IMG/VR virus record: IMGVR_UViG_3300023117_002343
Coordinates: 1 to 64,000 of that record
Strand: one strand, 5' to 3'
DNA from: a virus
Length of the DNA stretch: 64,000 nucleotides
A program made the position numbers and the translations under genes. This document shows positions 9,412 through 21,300 of this stretch, in pieces (the stretch's first letter is position 1; the number at the start of each line of letters is the position of its first letter). The notes under the pieces are model-generated. The model saw nothing but the letters and a program-made list of their open reading frames with translations. It was not told the origin of the DNA and made no database searches.

Positions 9412-9665
9412 GCTTTAGCAACCTTCGCCATCAAAAGAGACTGCGCCCTGCTGACAGCTTCGTCAATCGATTCTTTTTGGGCTGCGGCGTGATTTTTGAT
9501 ATCAGACGCTTTCATTTCGTCCAACAATTGCCACAGCGATTCTCTCTCTTCGTCCAGTTCGCAAAGCAGCTGAATAGCGTCCTCGAGGGCTTGTGCCATT
9601 CGATTGATATCTCCAGAAAGACTCTCTTTTTTCAGCTTTTCAATTTTATCTTTGCAGGACTGCAT
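9408..9665 (-). CDS. Hypothetical helical protein
   Basis: In-operon ORF with an ATGA overlap downstream. Confidence 0.55.
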   Translation of the reverse strand: MQSCKDKIEKLKKESLSGDINRMAQALEDAIQLLCELDEERESLWQLLDEMKASDIKNHAAAQKESIDEAVSRAQSLLMAKVAKA

Positions 9666-9699
9666 GTCAATATAGTAATCACAATGACCAGTGAGTAAA

Positions 9700-10308
9700 T
9701 TAGATCAGGTCGTAGCTCTCCAGTAGCTTGAGAAATTCTTCGTCTTTAAGCTTTTTGCTAGCGGCCTTTTTCTTGGGTCTGCGCTTTGCCGATTCGGTCT
9801 TGGTCTTGGTCGGCTTTTTGGCCGCAGCTTTCTTTTGGGGCTCAGGCTTTTCTTGCTTGGCCGGCTCTTGTTTGACCTCAATCGGCTCTTCCTTTTCCGT
9901 CGGAGTCGGTTCGGGCTCGACAGGCACTGCCGCAGTCTGTTCCACGATCTTGGGTCGATTGATGACCGCGGCTGTCACGATGGGTTGGGAGCGGTTGATT
10001 GTCTTGACCGCAGCTTCAACTGTCACTGTGCGTCTCAGTTCGGTCTGGAGCTCGAGCGGCACAAAAACTCGGTCGTCGATGATCACCTCGAGTCGCGTAT
10101 TGTATTTGCCCTCTGATATCATGTTTTTCAGGGTGGGTATCTCGACGTGGATCTCTTTGCCTTCGCTTCGCCCCTTGAAGCAAAAGTTGATGCCATTGGG
10201 TCCTTCCATGACGAACTGGCTACGAACAGATGATCCAGCAGCTCCAGCAATGTCCACCGAAAAGGCCAGGCTGTTGTCTGTGTCTAGATAAATGTCAAAA
10301 TCACTCAT
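9700..10308 (-). CDS. Hypothetical protein: beta-rich N-terminus, Lys/Glu/Pro-rich tail
   Basis: 202-aa ORF with an SD and an ATGA overlap. Confidence 0.7.
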   Translation of the reverse strand: MSDFDIYLDTDNSLAFSVDIAGAAGSSVRSQFVMEGPNGINFCFKGRSEGKEIHVEIPTLKNMISEGKYNTRLEVIIDDRVFVPLELQTELRRTVTVEAAVKTINRSQPIVTAAVINRPKIVEQTAAVPVEPEPTPTEKEEPIEVKQEPAKQEKPEPQKKAAAKKPTKTKTESAKRRPKKKAASKKLKDEEFLKLLESYDLI

Positions 10309-10697
10309 GCGGATTCTCCGTCGTCGCTATCCTCTTTGGGCCGCCTCAACAGCTTTGCTTTGATAAATATCCCGCTTCTACTCCTTGCGACCGAATTGTT
10401 TTTGAGACGGGCTCGGATCATTGGGTCTCGAGTCTTAGGCGGCACAGTGCGTTTTTTAATGCCGCAGATTTCTTGGTGCACCATTTTGTCATTGACTTCT
10501 ACCAGGCAGGCCTTGACGGTGTAAAGAACGCTCTGAGGTTGGCGACCGATCTTGGTTCCACCGCCGCCAATTTCAATGGGGGGCGCAGGAGGAGTTGGCG
10601 CAATTTCGCCGCCATATCCCTGCGTGACGATCTTTTTGGTGAGAGTGGATGTGGCCGGATTGTTGCCAAAGCCTCTCGTGACGATGGAAGCGACCAT
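10305..10697 (-). CDS. Hypothetical protein
   Basis: In-operon ORF with an IVTRGFG / IVTQGYG internal repeat. Confidence 0.6.
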   Translation of the reverse strand: MVASIVTRGFGNNPATSTLTKKIVTQGYGGEIAPTPPAPPIEIGGGGTKIGRQPQSVLYTVKACLVEVNDKMVHQEICGIKKRTVPPKTRDPMIRARLKNNSVARSRSGIFIKAKLLRRPKEDSDDGESA

Positions 10698-10700
10698 GCG

Positions 10701-11129
10701 CTAAGTCCTTGTGCGTGAGAAGACTTCGTTGACAGTTGGCGATCCAGCAGAATCTTTCATGTCGAAACGGGCAATTTCTGTGGTGTTATCTTCGGCAAAA
10801 AAGATCATCTGATTGAGGGTCGGATCCAGGATCCACTTGCCACCGGCAATGTCGTAATTGAACTTGAGTCGCTCGTCGGTCGGATTATATTCTTCTGAAG
10901 CGTATCTCGGATTGCCGCCTCCGGTGTCCCATAGGATCGAGCCGGAAAACTCTGTGGTAAAATTGATCTGCGATGCATAAATGCCTGTGTCAGTTCCAAC
11001 TTCGTGCACGCCTGTCGTCGATCTGGCTGCGGAGATATTTCCATCGCCGTCGATCAGAGTGAAGCCCACCGTGGCCAGTCCGCGCTGGGATCTGCCGAAA
11101 TTAACGCTCTTGACCAATTTAATTGTCAT
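10701..11129 (-). CDS. Hypothetical (putative structural) protein
   Basis: In-operon beta-rich ORF; C-terminal GKW.LD..NQMIFF..D.T.EIARF. Confidence 0.6.
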   Translation of the reverse strand: MTIKLVKSVNFGRSQRGLATVGFTLIDGDGNISAARSTTGVHEVGTDTGIYASQINFTTEFSGSILWDTGGGNPRYASEEYNPTDERLKFNYDIAGGKWILDPTLNQMIFFAEDNTTEIARFDMKDSAGSPTVNEVFSRTRT

Positions 11130-11749
11130 GAAAACTCCAGAAGTTTTTTGCGGTTAATCACGGCCAGAATCTTTCCGCGGCCGGATGTTTGCCCTATCAC
11201 ATTTTTGTTTTCGTCCAAAACTAAAAGCGTAGGAAATTGCTTGACATTATAATAATCAAAATCCATCGGATTGGAAATCAGATTGTAGCAGGGAATGCCG
11301 GCTTCGGAAAGCTGTTTAGCCATGTCGTCGGGAGAAAGACTGAAATAGGCGTAGCTTCTTTCGGGCTCCACGACTTCCACGTGATCGCGACCATTTTGCC
11401 AATATGGAGTGCCGCCGTAGTTTATCAACAGCTCTTCACCCGAGTGAATATCGCGTAGCGCATAATACTCAAAACCTCGAAATTCAGGATGGTTTCTCCA
11501 GCAGCAATTGGGCTCGGAACTGTGATTGTAGAGCGAGCCGTAGCCCCAAGCCAGCACCTGTTCTCGATAATTTAGAGACTTGGGATAGCAGAACTGATAG
11601 TCGCGGAGGGATTCGTCTTCTGAACTGAGAGAGTGAATAGGCGTGCACTCGATGACTTCTCCGGCCGAAATAGCTTCGGTGGCAAATACACCTAGGCCCT
11701 TTCCAGGAGATTGCGCCACTTTGATCTTGGTGGGAGGATAAAATTCCAA
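11126..11749 (-). CDS. SET-domain lysine methyltransferase with thioredoxin-like C-terminal fragment
   Basis: SPGKGLGVFATEAI..GEVIE, YNHSSEPNC and ALRDIHSGEELLINYG. Probable TTG start at 11749 after AAGGAAGG. Confidence 0.88.
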   Translation of the reverse strand: MEFYPPTKIKVAQSPGKGLGVFATEAISAGEVIECTPIHSLSSEDESLRDYQFCYPKSLNYREQVLAWGYGSLYNHSSEPNCCWRNHPEFRGFEYYALRDIHSGEELLINYGGTPYWQNGRDHVEVVEPERSYAYFSLSPDDMAKQLSEAGIPCYNLISNPMDFDYYNVKQFPTLLVLDENKNVIGQTSGRGKILAVINRKKLLEFS

Positions 11750-11750
11750 A

Positions 11751-12416
11751 TCAGCCTTCCTTGCGCTCAAAGCCGTAAGCAATTGCATCGAACTGAGCGC
11801 CGGCGCCAACAGTGCCTGCTGTGAGATCGTCATTGATTTCGACGACCAGGCGGTGATTGGTATTTTTGGCCAACTTCAAACCGTACTGAAAGCCAAATAC
11901 GCCTTTGAAATCCAAAACAGGCAAATAACCGTCAGAGACGTTCTTACCGCTACCTGAAATTGACGGAGCCAAAAAAGCATTAGCGGCATCGCCAAAGGCT
12001 GGATTACCCTGGCACAACCGAATAAAACTGAAGTTAACGATCAGATCCGTGGCAATATTTGTTTCGCCATTGTTGTCTTCGTAATATATTCGCACCCCGT
12101 TAGTCAATGCCGAGCCAATGCCCAAAAAATCATTGCCAAGTGACACGCCAGTTGCAGCTATCAAAAAAGATACGCTGGTAATATAAATGTCCAGATTTGG
12201 CACGGCTTGAATATAAAAAAGCTGCGAAGTTGTGGAGCCGTCAACAAGCATGCTTGATGTTGTGCCATCCCCATCCAGAGTCAAAAAATCACGGAAGACC
12301 TTCTGAATATCTCTTTCGTCATCTGGCGGAAATGGTGCAGGAGACACGCGCAGATATCCGCCGTCCTCAATCAGAGCTTGCTGGTTATCATCGATAATAG
12401 AAGTTCTGCGCGCCAT
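11751..12416 (-). CDS. Putative structural beta-sandwich protein
   Basis: 221 aa, G/S/T-rich; last gene after the DGTG paralogue array. Confidence 0.6.
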   Translation of the reverse strand: MARRTSIIDDNQQALIEDGGYLRVSPAPFPPDDERDIQKVFRDFLTLDGDGTTSSMLVDGSTTSQLFYIQAVPNLDIYITSVSFLIAATGVSLGNDFLGIGSALTNGVRIYYEDNNGETNIATDLIVNFSFIRLCQGNPAFGDAANAFLAPSISGSGKNVSDGYLPVLDFKGVFGFQYGLKLAKNTNHRLVVEINDDLTAGTVGAGAQFDAIAYGFERKEG

Positions 12417-12418
12417 TA

Positions 12419-13000
12419 TTACCTCTCAGTAAACAAAAAGGTTCTGGCGCCAAACTGAACGTCCATAGATGTATTGCCGGTCGGAGGAGTAACAGTAATG
12501 GCAAATGAATTGCCTTTTTTCAAAACCAATCTTGCAGGTTGCAAATTATTAAATTGGCCAATTGGAAAGCTAAGTAATGCCACATTAGTGCCTCCCGTGA
12601 CAGTCGAACCTTGAGCACCATATTGCAGTGTCACATCTAATTCTTTGGAGGAACCAAAATTTTGATTAAGAGATGTAGTTGCTGTTGGGGAAGAAATAGA
12701 AGTCGGATTTTTATACCAGTTCACTCTGAACATATCAGGCGAACCGCCAGTTGTGGCTTCAGCAACAAAAAAGAAGTTTTCAAAAATGAGATCTTTGTCT
12801 TCATTATTTTCACAGAAAAATATAGCGCTTTCTGCTGCATTCGTTAGATTAACTAGAGGAGTGCCTAGGAAAAACGCCTCTCCACTTGCAGCTGCCTCTG
12901 TAAATTCAGGCTCAATAACGCTTCTAACTTGAAGTTTATTAGATGAGTCGATTTTAGCTTTCTTTCCAGAACCTGTGCCGTCTAATAGTTGAAATCCCAT
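12419..13000 (-). CDS. DGTG-family paralogue 4 (putative virion structural protein)
   Basis: MGFQLLDGTG start; shares N.N.GS and KG.S....PP motifs with its neighbours. Confidence 0.7.
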   Translation of the reverse strand: MGFQLLDGTGSGKKAKIDSSNKLQVRSVIEPEFTEAAASGEAFFLGTPLVNLTNAAESAIFFCENNEDKDLIFENFFFVAEATTGGSPDMFRVNWYKNPTSISSPTATTSLNQNFGSSKELDVTLQYGAQGSTVTGGTNVALLSFPIGQFNNLQPARLVLKKGNSFAITVTPPTGNTSMDVQFGARTFLFTER

Positions 13001-13003
13001 TTC

Positions 13004-13597
13004 TTAAGCTCCATTATTGTTTGGTAGTCTATGCGCATTAATCCCCACGGAGACTTGCAGAGACGTATTGGATGGCGGAGGTATGATATTAACCCCAATG
13101 GAAGACCCTTTGGGCAAAATTGTCGCTGCAGTTTCCGTAGTTAGCGATTCGACCGGGGCAACCAAGGCTGCATATGTAGATCCGCCCGTCAATGAAGCGG
13201 CCTCAGCGCCTATTTCGCTGGTGAGCGTGAGTGTGTTAGAAGATCCAAAATTAATGTTGGGAGCCAAAAGAGCAGTGCTTGAACCGCCACTCATAGCCGT
13301 CGGATTTTTAATGATGATGCCTCTGACGTGGTTCTCTGTACCACCGGTACTGGCTCTGACCCCGACCAAAAATCTGGTGATAACCAGGTCAAAATCATTA
13401 TCATTTTGAAAATAAAGCACTGCACTTTGATTTGCCGATGTGAGAGTTACAAATCCAGATCCGATCAGGTAAGCATCGCCGGAAATTGCTGCCTCTTCCC
13501 GCTCAGTTCTCTGCACTGCATCTGTCTTAAGTCTGTTGACATCAGTGACTTGCGCAAGATAACCGTTGCCTGTTCCATCTTCAATATTAAATCCCAT
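13004..13597 (-). CDS. DGTG-family paralogue 3
   Basis: MGFNIEDGTG, LYFQNDNDFDLVI, NINFGS and LPKGSSIG...PP. Confidence 0.7.
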   Translation of the reverse strand: MGFNIEDGTGNGYLAQVTDVNRLKTDAVQRTEREEAAISGDAYLIGSGFVTLTSANQSAVLYFQNDNDFDLVITRFLVGVRASTGGTENHVRGIIIKNPTAMSGGSSTALLAPNINFGSSNTLTLTSEIGAEAASLTGGSTYAALVAPVESLTTETAATILPKGSSIGVNIIPPPSNTSLQVSVGINAHRLPNNNGA

Positions 13598-13605
13598 ATT
13601 TTTTC

Positions 13606-14202
13606 CTAGCTGTTATTTGCAAGCAAGAAACCTTGAAAGCCTGTATAGATGTTAATAGGCTGCTGACCATTGGGCTCGTAAGAGACGCCCAGTGATCCTC
13701 CCTTTGGTACTACCAAATAAACATTGCCAAAAACTCTAGAAGCAGCATTTTGAGTCTGATAAAGTACAGGAGTGTTTGATCCTGTTGGATTCATCCAAAA
13801 GCCGTCACCGCCTTTTTTGACATCAACTTCAAAAGTCACTGCACTGCTAATTTTTCTGTTGACGACTGTAATATCTGTACCAGCAGAAACAATAGAGCCC
13901 GTAGTAATATTTGGGTAGACTCTCATTAAAGCCTTTTCAGTTTCGGATCCGCCACTGAGTCCAGTGCCGATAAACCAAGCTGCAATCACGATATCTTTAT
14001 CTTCATTATTTTTAAAATAAAGTAGAGGAGTTTCAATCGATGCCGAAACTGCCAAAAATTCAGTATTAATATTGAATGCGTTGCCTCTTCCAACGGCATC
14101 TTCAAAAAAAGTTTCGCTTTTAACAGAGGCTAGAGCTCTGTTTTCACTATCAATTTTTAGCGAAAAACCTTGACCCGTTCCGTCTTCAATTGTTGTTGCC
14201 AT
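13606..14202 (-). CDS. DGTG-family paralogue 2
   Basis: MATTIEDGTG, LYFKNNEDKDIVI and VPKGGSLG. Confidence 0.7.
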   Translation of the reverse strand: MATTIEDGTGQGFSLKIDSENRALASVKSETFFEDAVGRGNAFNINTEFLAVSASIETPLLYFKNNEDKDIVIAAWFIGTGLSGGSETEKALMRVYPNITTGSIVSAGTDITVVNRKISSAVTFEVDVKKGGDGFWMNPTGSNTPVLYQTQNAASRVFGNVYLVVPKGGSLGVSYEPNGQQPINIYTGFQGFLLANNS

Positions 14203-14208
14203 TTTTAA

Positions 14209-14805
14209 TCACCCGAGTGTATCATTGTCGTACCACCAATGTGTGACGACAAGAGCTGTAGCTGTAACCGTCCCATTTGGAGGTGTAAGTTTAAAGCCAA
14301 TGCTAGTGCCCTTAGGAAGCCGCCGCCCAAGCGGCAAAATAATTCTGTCAATTGATTGCTTGATCTTCTGTGGAGCGCCGGTACCATCCACTAGTGTGTC
14401 ACCCTCTACTCCTTTAAAATTATCTCCGTTTGGAATATTCGCAGAGCCGTGATTGGAGTTTGAGATGCCGGCTGATACTGCATTATCGATAATGGTTCCC
14501 GACGTTGGATTTCGCAGAACTCTGAAGGTCCAGTCCTGATCGGAACTAGCACTGACAGCCGTGCCTAAAATCAAAACAGCCCGGTCCAGCACGAAGTCTC
14601 TATCGTCTGTATTTTTGGTATATAGCACTGCTGTCTCATTAGCGCCGGTAAAACTGACCGGAGTCGAAGCGATCTGATAACCGTCTCCCACTACAATAGC
14701 ATTATCTTCTTCAGTAATAATAACAGCCTGCGACAGTAATCGATTTTGACCGGTCACTCTCAGCCGGTTTCTGGTTCCTGTTCCATCTTGAATTGTTGTC
14801 GACAT
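14209..14805 (-). CDS. DGTG-family paralogue 1
   Basis: MSTTIQDGTG, LYTKNTDDRDFVL, NSNHGS and LPKGTSIG..LTPP. Confidence 0.7.
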   Translation of the reverse strand: MSTTIQDGTGTRNRLRVTGQNRLLSQAVIITEEDNAIVVGDGYQIASTPVSFTGANETAVLYTKNTDDRDFVLDRAVLILGTAVSASSDQDWTFRVLRNPTSGTIIDNAVSAGISNSNHGSANIPNGDNFKGVEGDTLVDGTGAPQKIKQSIDRIILPLGRRLPKGTSIGFKLTPPNGTVTATALVVTHWWYDNDTLG

Positions 14806-14806
14806 A

Positions 14807-15013
14807 TCAATCTAACTCGTCATTTTCGAAAATATTAGGATCAATGACAAAATCGTTTTCGTGCACTTTATACATGTTTGCAATTCGACTTTGATGCAAG
14901 TTCTTTTTAGTGATCAGATTCAAGTCATTGATCAGTATTATTTGCTGCGCTAATTTTGCGGTCAGCACCTGAATGTCGTCCTCGACAGAATCAATTGTAA
15001 TTACTTTGCCCAT
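14807..15013 (-). CDS. Hypothetical protein
   Basis: Fills the gap within a tightly packed operon. Confidence 0.55.
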   Translation of the reverse strand: MGKVITIDSVEDDIQVLTAKLAQQIILINDLNLITKKNLHQSRIANMYKVHENDFVIDPNIFENDELD

Positions 15014-15018
15014 TTCGT

Positions 15019-15360
15019 TTATCTCTTTGCAACTAAGTATATTGACAGCGTGCCTCGATCCGTAATGTCCAAGGAAACACGCAAAAATTTGCCTGTAAAG
15101 ACAGTGCGCTCCAAAGTGAAAGCGCTATTGGAAGGGGTGACAAGTATAGAACCATTTTCCATATCATCGTAGTTAGTTCCGTCGTTTGACTGTTGTAGCG
15201 TAACTTCGGTGTCGCCTTGAATACTTGAGCCGACAAATTGGACCGAAATCCTATTGTAATCGGAAATGTCAGAGGATGTAAAGGTGGTTGGACCGACGGT
15301 GAGATCATAGGACGTCGCCAGGGTTTCCTCAAATGCAAGAAGTTCGGGTATGTATGCCAT
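15019..15360 (-). CDS. Small beta-sandwich putative structural protein
   Basis: V.LQQSNDGTNYDD and GKFLRV patterns; directly downstream of the giant fibre gene. Confidence 0.6.
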   Translation of the reverse strand: MAYIPELLAFEETLATSYDLTVGPTTFTSSDISDYNRISVQFVGSSIQGDTEVTLQQSNDGTNYDDMENGSILVTPSNSAFTLERTVFTGKFLRVSLDITDRGTLSIYLVAKR

Positions 15361-15365
15361 AATGT

Positions 15366-18300
15366 CTACTCGATGAACCAGTTGGATGTGCCATCGTTAT
15401 AAAGACTGATGGCAATGTAATTTCTATTTAATATCGCGGTCGAATCGCCGTCGATCAGATCTGAGCCGGATGCCACGATCGTGATGTTGTTTTTCTTGGC
15501 ATTGCCGTCTTCGTCTTTGAATCTCAGATCTCTCTCGCCCACGTCTGAAATTTTAGGAAGCTGAATGGTCACTTCATCGGTCGCTGTGTATCTCACGCCG
15601 ATTCGATAGTCGTTGATTGTCGCTGTATAGACCGGTTGTGTGATGCGAGTTGTGGGTGTGGTGATGCTATTGTAATAGCGGACAGAACCAGAAACTGAAA
15701 CATCGCCGCCAAATACCGAAACGCCTTCAGAAGCTCCGCCCGCCGAATTTATGGCGCCAGAAACATAGAAGAAGACATCCGTTCCTTTATCGCTTGGTGC
15801 ATCTACGGTACCAGCTTCAGCTCCAGGAATTGCTACAGAGCCAGTTGTGAATATAGATCCGTTAGTCGTCGAATCCCAGTAGGTATCCGCTTGAACTGAA
15901 CTGACAGTGACTGAACCATTTGACTGTGAAGTAATGATGACATTATCGCCAGAAATCAAATAAGAGGTGCCGTCTGTTAATTGCGTGAGAGAGCCGGATA
16001 GACCAAGCAAACCATTGACAGAACCAGAAGCCGTAACATCGCCACCAAACAGAGCAGTCTGAGTCTTGTCTAGAGCGCCTGAGACGTAAAAGAAAACATC
16101 AGTGCCTTTATCCGTCGGATCATCTATTGTTCCAGAGTCACCTCCTGGAATTGCGACTGAACCCGTAGTGAATATAGCACCATTGGTTGTTGAATCCCAG
16201 TAGGTAGAAACAGATGCAGCTGTAGAAGATATCGTAACAGGGCCATTTGACGCAGACGTAATTGTTACGCCTGGACCAGCAATCAAATAAGAAGTACCAT
16301 CGGCCAGCTGTGTAAGAGAGCCGGATAAGCCCCCTAGGTGGACAGAAGTGCCGGTCACAAACAGATCGCTCTCAATAGAAGTATCGCCGGTGACGTTAAG
16401 AGTGCCTGATACGTCTGTGGATCCTGTGATGGTCAGTTGGTTGTTTGTTCCCCAATCGACGGCATCAACGCCATTAGGATATTCCAGAATACGATTACCC
16501 CAATCAAGGGAGATCACACCGGTGCCATCGTAAGCATATCGAGCAACTAGAGCTAGAGTTGCTGTATTAGTTGCATCAACAAGGTTATGAGTAAACTCAG
16601 AAATACCACTGCCGTTAACAGCAAGGACTTCGCCGACTGTGCCGCCTTCAATAACCGAAGAGGAAACGTAGGAGGCAGTCACGTTTGTTAGAGCGCTGCC
16701 GTCTCCTGTAAAAGATCCGCTAAAAGATCCGGAAAAGCCGGCCAAAGCCGTAATTGAGCCGGAAATAACAACATCGCCACCAAACAGTGAGACTCCTGGA
16801 AAAGCACCATTTGCTGACCCGATTGCCCCTGAAACGTAAAAGAAGACATCAGCGCCTTTATCATCTGGAGAATCAACTGACTCAGAGCCGGGAATGGCAA
16901 CCGAACCTGTTGTGAAAATAGATCCGTTAGTTGTTGAATCCCAGTAGGTATCAGCCTGCGTTGAACTGATGGTTACTGCGCCATTTGACTCCGAGGTGAT
17001 AGTAACATTGTCGCCGGCAATCAAATAAGATGTACCGTCTGCTAGCTGAGTCAACGAACCAGAGAGGCCAGCTTGGTGAATTGTTGCGCCGGTGAATGTT
17101 GTACCTGAGACGGTTGCAACAATAGAATCATCAATCTCAAGAGTAACATCGCCTGAAGTACCGCCACCCAATAGACCATTACCAGCATTGACCGATGTAA
17201 TATCGCCAACAGTTCCATCATTGGTAATGGTAACAGAACCATTTGAGCCGGTCGTAATTGCAATACCAGATCCAGCAACAAGATAAGAAGAGCCATCCAG
17301 GAGCTGGGTTAGGGATCCTGACAATCCTTGCTCAAAGTAACCCGTACCAGACACATAAATGTCACCACCGAACAAAGATCGATTGGTATTGTCTAAAGCG
17401 CCAGAAACGTAGAAAAAGACATCCGTTCCTTTGTCACTGGGAGAATCTACACTCTCAACTCCAGGTATTGCAACCGATCCAGTCGTGAATATAGATCCAT
17501 TTGTAGTAGATTCCCAGTAAGTATCAGCCTGAGTATCTATAGAGCTTATGGTTACTGCGCCATTGGACTCTGAGGTAATAGTAACATTGGTACCCGCAAT
17601 GAGATAAGAAGTGCCATCGGCCAACTGAGTTAATGATCCGGAAAGGCCGGCTTGGTGAATAGTGGCGCCAGTAAATGTGGTTCCGCTGACAGTCGCCACA
17701 ACTGAATCATCGATATTCAGAGTTACGTTGCTATTTGCCCCTCCGTCGACAATATCGATGCCTGTTCCACCGGTTAAAACTCTTTCATCAGTCAATTCAG
17801 CATTGAGTGCCAGGGTGACATATTGGGCATTTGCAGGAGTGTTGCTGGAGACTGTAACTTGACCATTTGATTCTGAAACGATTGTTACATTGGATCCAGC
17901 GACCAAATAAGATCGTCCGTCTGTTAATTGCGTGAGTGAGCCGCTAAGTCCTAACAGGCCATTTACTGATCCAGACGCTGTAATGTCACCGCCAAACAAA
18001 GCTGTCTGTGTTTTATCTAGCGCGCCAGATACATAAAAGAAAACGTCTGTGCCTTTATCGCTTGGCGCATCGACAGATTCAGCGCCAGGTATCGCAACTG
18101 AACCTGTTGTAAAGATAGATCCGTTGGTGGTGGAATCCCAATATGTGTCGGCTTGCGTGTCTATCGAAGAAATTGTGATGGCACCGTTGGATTCCGAAGT
18201 AATCGTAACATTTGTACCAGCAATCAGGTAAGAGGTGCCATCAGCCAGCTGAGTTAAAGAACCAGAAAGTCCGGCTTGGTGAACAGTAGCGCCTGTGAAT

Positions 18301-21300
18301 GTTGTGCCAGATACTGTTGCAACAATAGAATCGTCAATCTCAAGGGTGACATCACCTGAAGATCCTCCACCAAGAAGACCGTTTCCAGCCGTTACTGACG
18401 TGATGTCTCCCACTGTGCCGTCATTTGTGATTGTTACGGCGCCATTTGATCCTGTCGTAATTGCAATTCCATCGCCGGCAATTAGATAGGAAGTACCATC
18501 GAGAAGTTGAGTTAGCGATCCAGACAATCCCTGCTCAAAATAACCTGTTCCCGATACATAGACATCGCCACCAAAAAGAGAGCGGTTGGTATTATTTAAA
18601 GCTCCCGATACGTAAAAAAAGACGTCTGCGCCTTTATCACTTGGCGAGTCAACAGACTCAGAACCTGGAATTGCAACAGATCCAGTTGTAAAAATTGAAC
18701 CATTGGTCGTCGAGTCCCAGTAAGTATCAGCCTGAGTATCAACTGAAGAAATTGTTACAGCGCCATTTGACTCACTGGTGATTGTGACGTTGGTTCCAGC
18801 AATGAGATAAGAAGTGCCATCGGCCAGCTGTGTCAACGAACCAGAAAGACCAGCCTGATGGATTGTTGCTCCGGTAAAAGTTGTACCAGATACAGTGGCC
18901 ACAATTGAATCGTCAATGTTTAGAGTTACGTTGTTGTTTGCTCCTCCGTCGACAATATCAATGCCTGTTCCACCTGTCAGAACTCTTTCGTTAGATAGCT
19001 CTGCATTGAGGGCCAGAGTCACGTACTGAGCGTCAGCAGGAGTATCACTTGAAATTGTGATTTGACCATTAGACTCAGAGACGATAGTCGTGTTCGATCC
19101 GGCAACTAAATATGATCGACCATCGGTTAATTGAGTCAAAGAGCCACTAAGGCCCAACAAGCCGTTAACAGAACCGGAAGCTGTTATATCCCCACCAAAC
19201 AACGATGTCTGAGTTTTGTCTAGTGCACCAGAAACATAAAAGAAGACATCGGTTCCCTTGTCCAGCGGGGAATCTACAGACTCAGCACCCGGAATAGCGA
19301 CTGATCCCGTCGTAAAGATCGAACCGTTGGTTGTCGAGTCCCAGTAAGTATCAGCCTGAGTATCGACTGAAGAAATTGTTACGGCGCCGTTGGACTCACT
19401 AGCGATTGTGACGTTGGCTCCAGCAATCAGATAAGATGTTCCATCAGCTAGTTGAGTCAGCGATCCAGACAAACCGGCTTGGTGAATTGTAGCACCGGTA
19501 AATGTAGTGCCAGAAACGGTAGCAACAATTGAATCGTCAATCTCCAGCGTAACATCACCTGATGAACCACCCCCTAACAGTCCGTTTCCGGCAGTGACTG
19601 AGGTAATATCACCAACAGTGCCGTCATTGGTGATTGTAACTGATCCATTCGAACCGGTAGTAATTGCAATTCCATCGCCGGCAACAAGATAAGAGGTGCC
19701 ATCTAATAGCTGCGTAAGAGAGCCTGATAGGCCTTGTTCAAAATATCCCGTTCCGGATACATAAACATCACCGCCGAATAAAGAACGATTGGTATTGTCT
19801 AACGCACCTGAAACGTAGAAGAAAACATCAGTGCCTTTATCACTTGGCGAATCTACGCTTTCCTCGCCCGGGATCGCTACGGATCCAGTCGTGAATATGG
19901 ATCCATTGGTTGTTGATTCCCAGTAGGTATCGGCTTGTGTATCGACTGACGAAATTGTTACTGCACCATTAGACTCGGATGTTATAGTAACATTTGTGCC
20001 GGCAATCAAATAAGAAGTGCCATCAGCTAGTTGAGTTAGCGAACCTGACAAACCAGCCTGATGAATCGTAGCGCCTGTAAACGTAGTGCCAGAAACTGTA
20101 GCAACAACTGAATCGTCAATATTGAGAGTTACATTGCTGTTGGCGCCTCCGTCGACAATATCGATGCCTGTTCCGCCAGTCAGTACTCTTTCGTCGGTCA
20201 GGGTTGCATTTAACGCTAGTGTTACGTACTGCGCATTTGTTGGAGCTCCGCCGCCAGCAGTCGGCGCTGATATCGTAACAGCTCCATTCGATGCTGATGT
20301 AATTTCAACATTGCTGCCGGCAATGAGATAAGAGGTACCGTCTGTTAGTTGTGTAAGAGAGCCACTCAGTCCTAACAGGCCTGAAACAGAACCCGAGGTA
20401 ATGACATCTCCACCAAACAACGATACATCAGAAGAATTCAAAGAGCCCGACACGTAGAAGAAGACGTCAGTGCCCTTATCGCTTGGAGAATCTACAGATT
20501 CAGAGCCTGGAATTGCAACCGATCCAGTCGTAAAGATTGAGCCGTTCGTTGTTGAGTCCCAGTAGGTATCGGCCTGAGTGTCAACTGAGCTGATTGTTAT
20601 CGAGCCGTTAGACTGTGACGTAATGGTTACATTGTCGCCTGCTACCAAATAAGACGTACCATCGGATAACTGTGTCAGGGAACCTGAAAGGCCGGCTTGA
20701 TGAATAGTAGCACCGGTGAATGTCGTGCCCGAGACAGTTGCAACGATCGAATCATTGATTTCTAGCGTGACATCGCCCGAGGTGCCACCACCCAACAAGC
20801 CGTTCCCAGCTATGACTGCAGTAATATCGCCAACAGTTCCGTCGTTGGTAATCGTAACTGCTCCATTCGAACCGGTGGTAATTGCAATGCCAGATCCAGC
20901 AATTAGATAGGACGTTCCGTCTACTAGCTGTGTGAGAGAACCTGATAGTCCCTGTTCGAAGTATCCAGTGCCAGAAACATATGTATCACCGCCAAACAGC
21001 GACCGGTTTGTATTGTCTAGAGCACCAGAAACGTAAAAGAAGACGTCAGTGCCTTTATCGGATGGAGAATCTACACTTTCAGATCCAGGTATTGCAACTG
21101 ATCCCGTCGTAAAGATCGAGCCGTTGGTCGTTGAATCCCAGTAGGTATCGGCCTGGGTGTCAATCGATGAAATAGTAATAGCACCATTGGACTGCGAAAC
21201 AATTGTTATATTGTCTCCCGCAATCAAATAGGAGGTACCATCGGACAATTGAGTCAAAGAACCTGACAGACCGGCCTGATGAATTGTTGCACCGGTAAAA

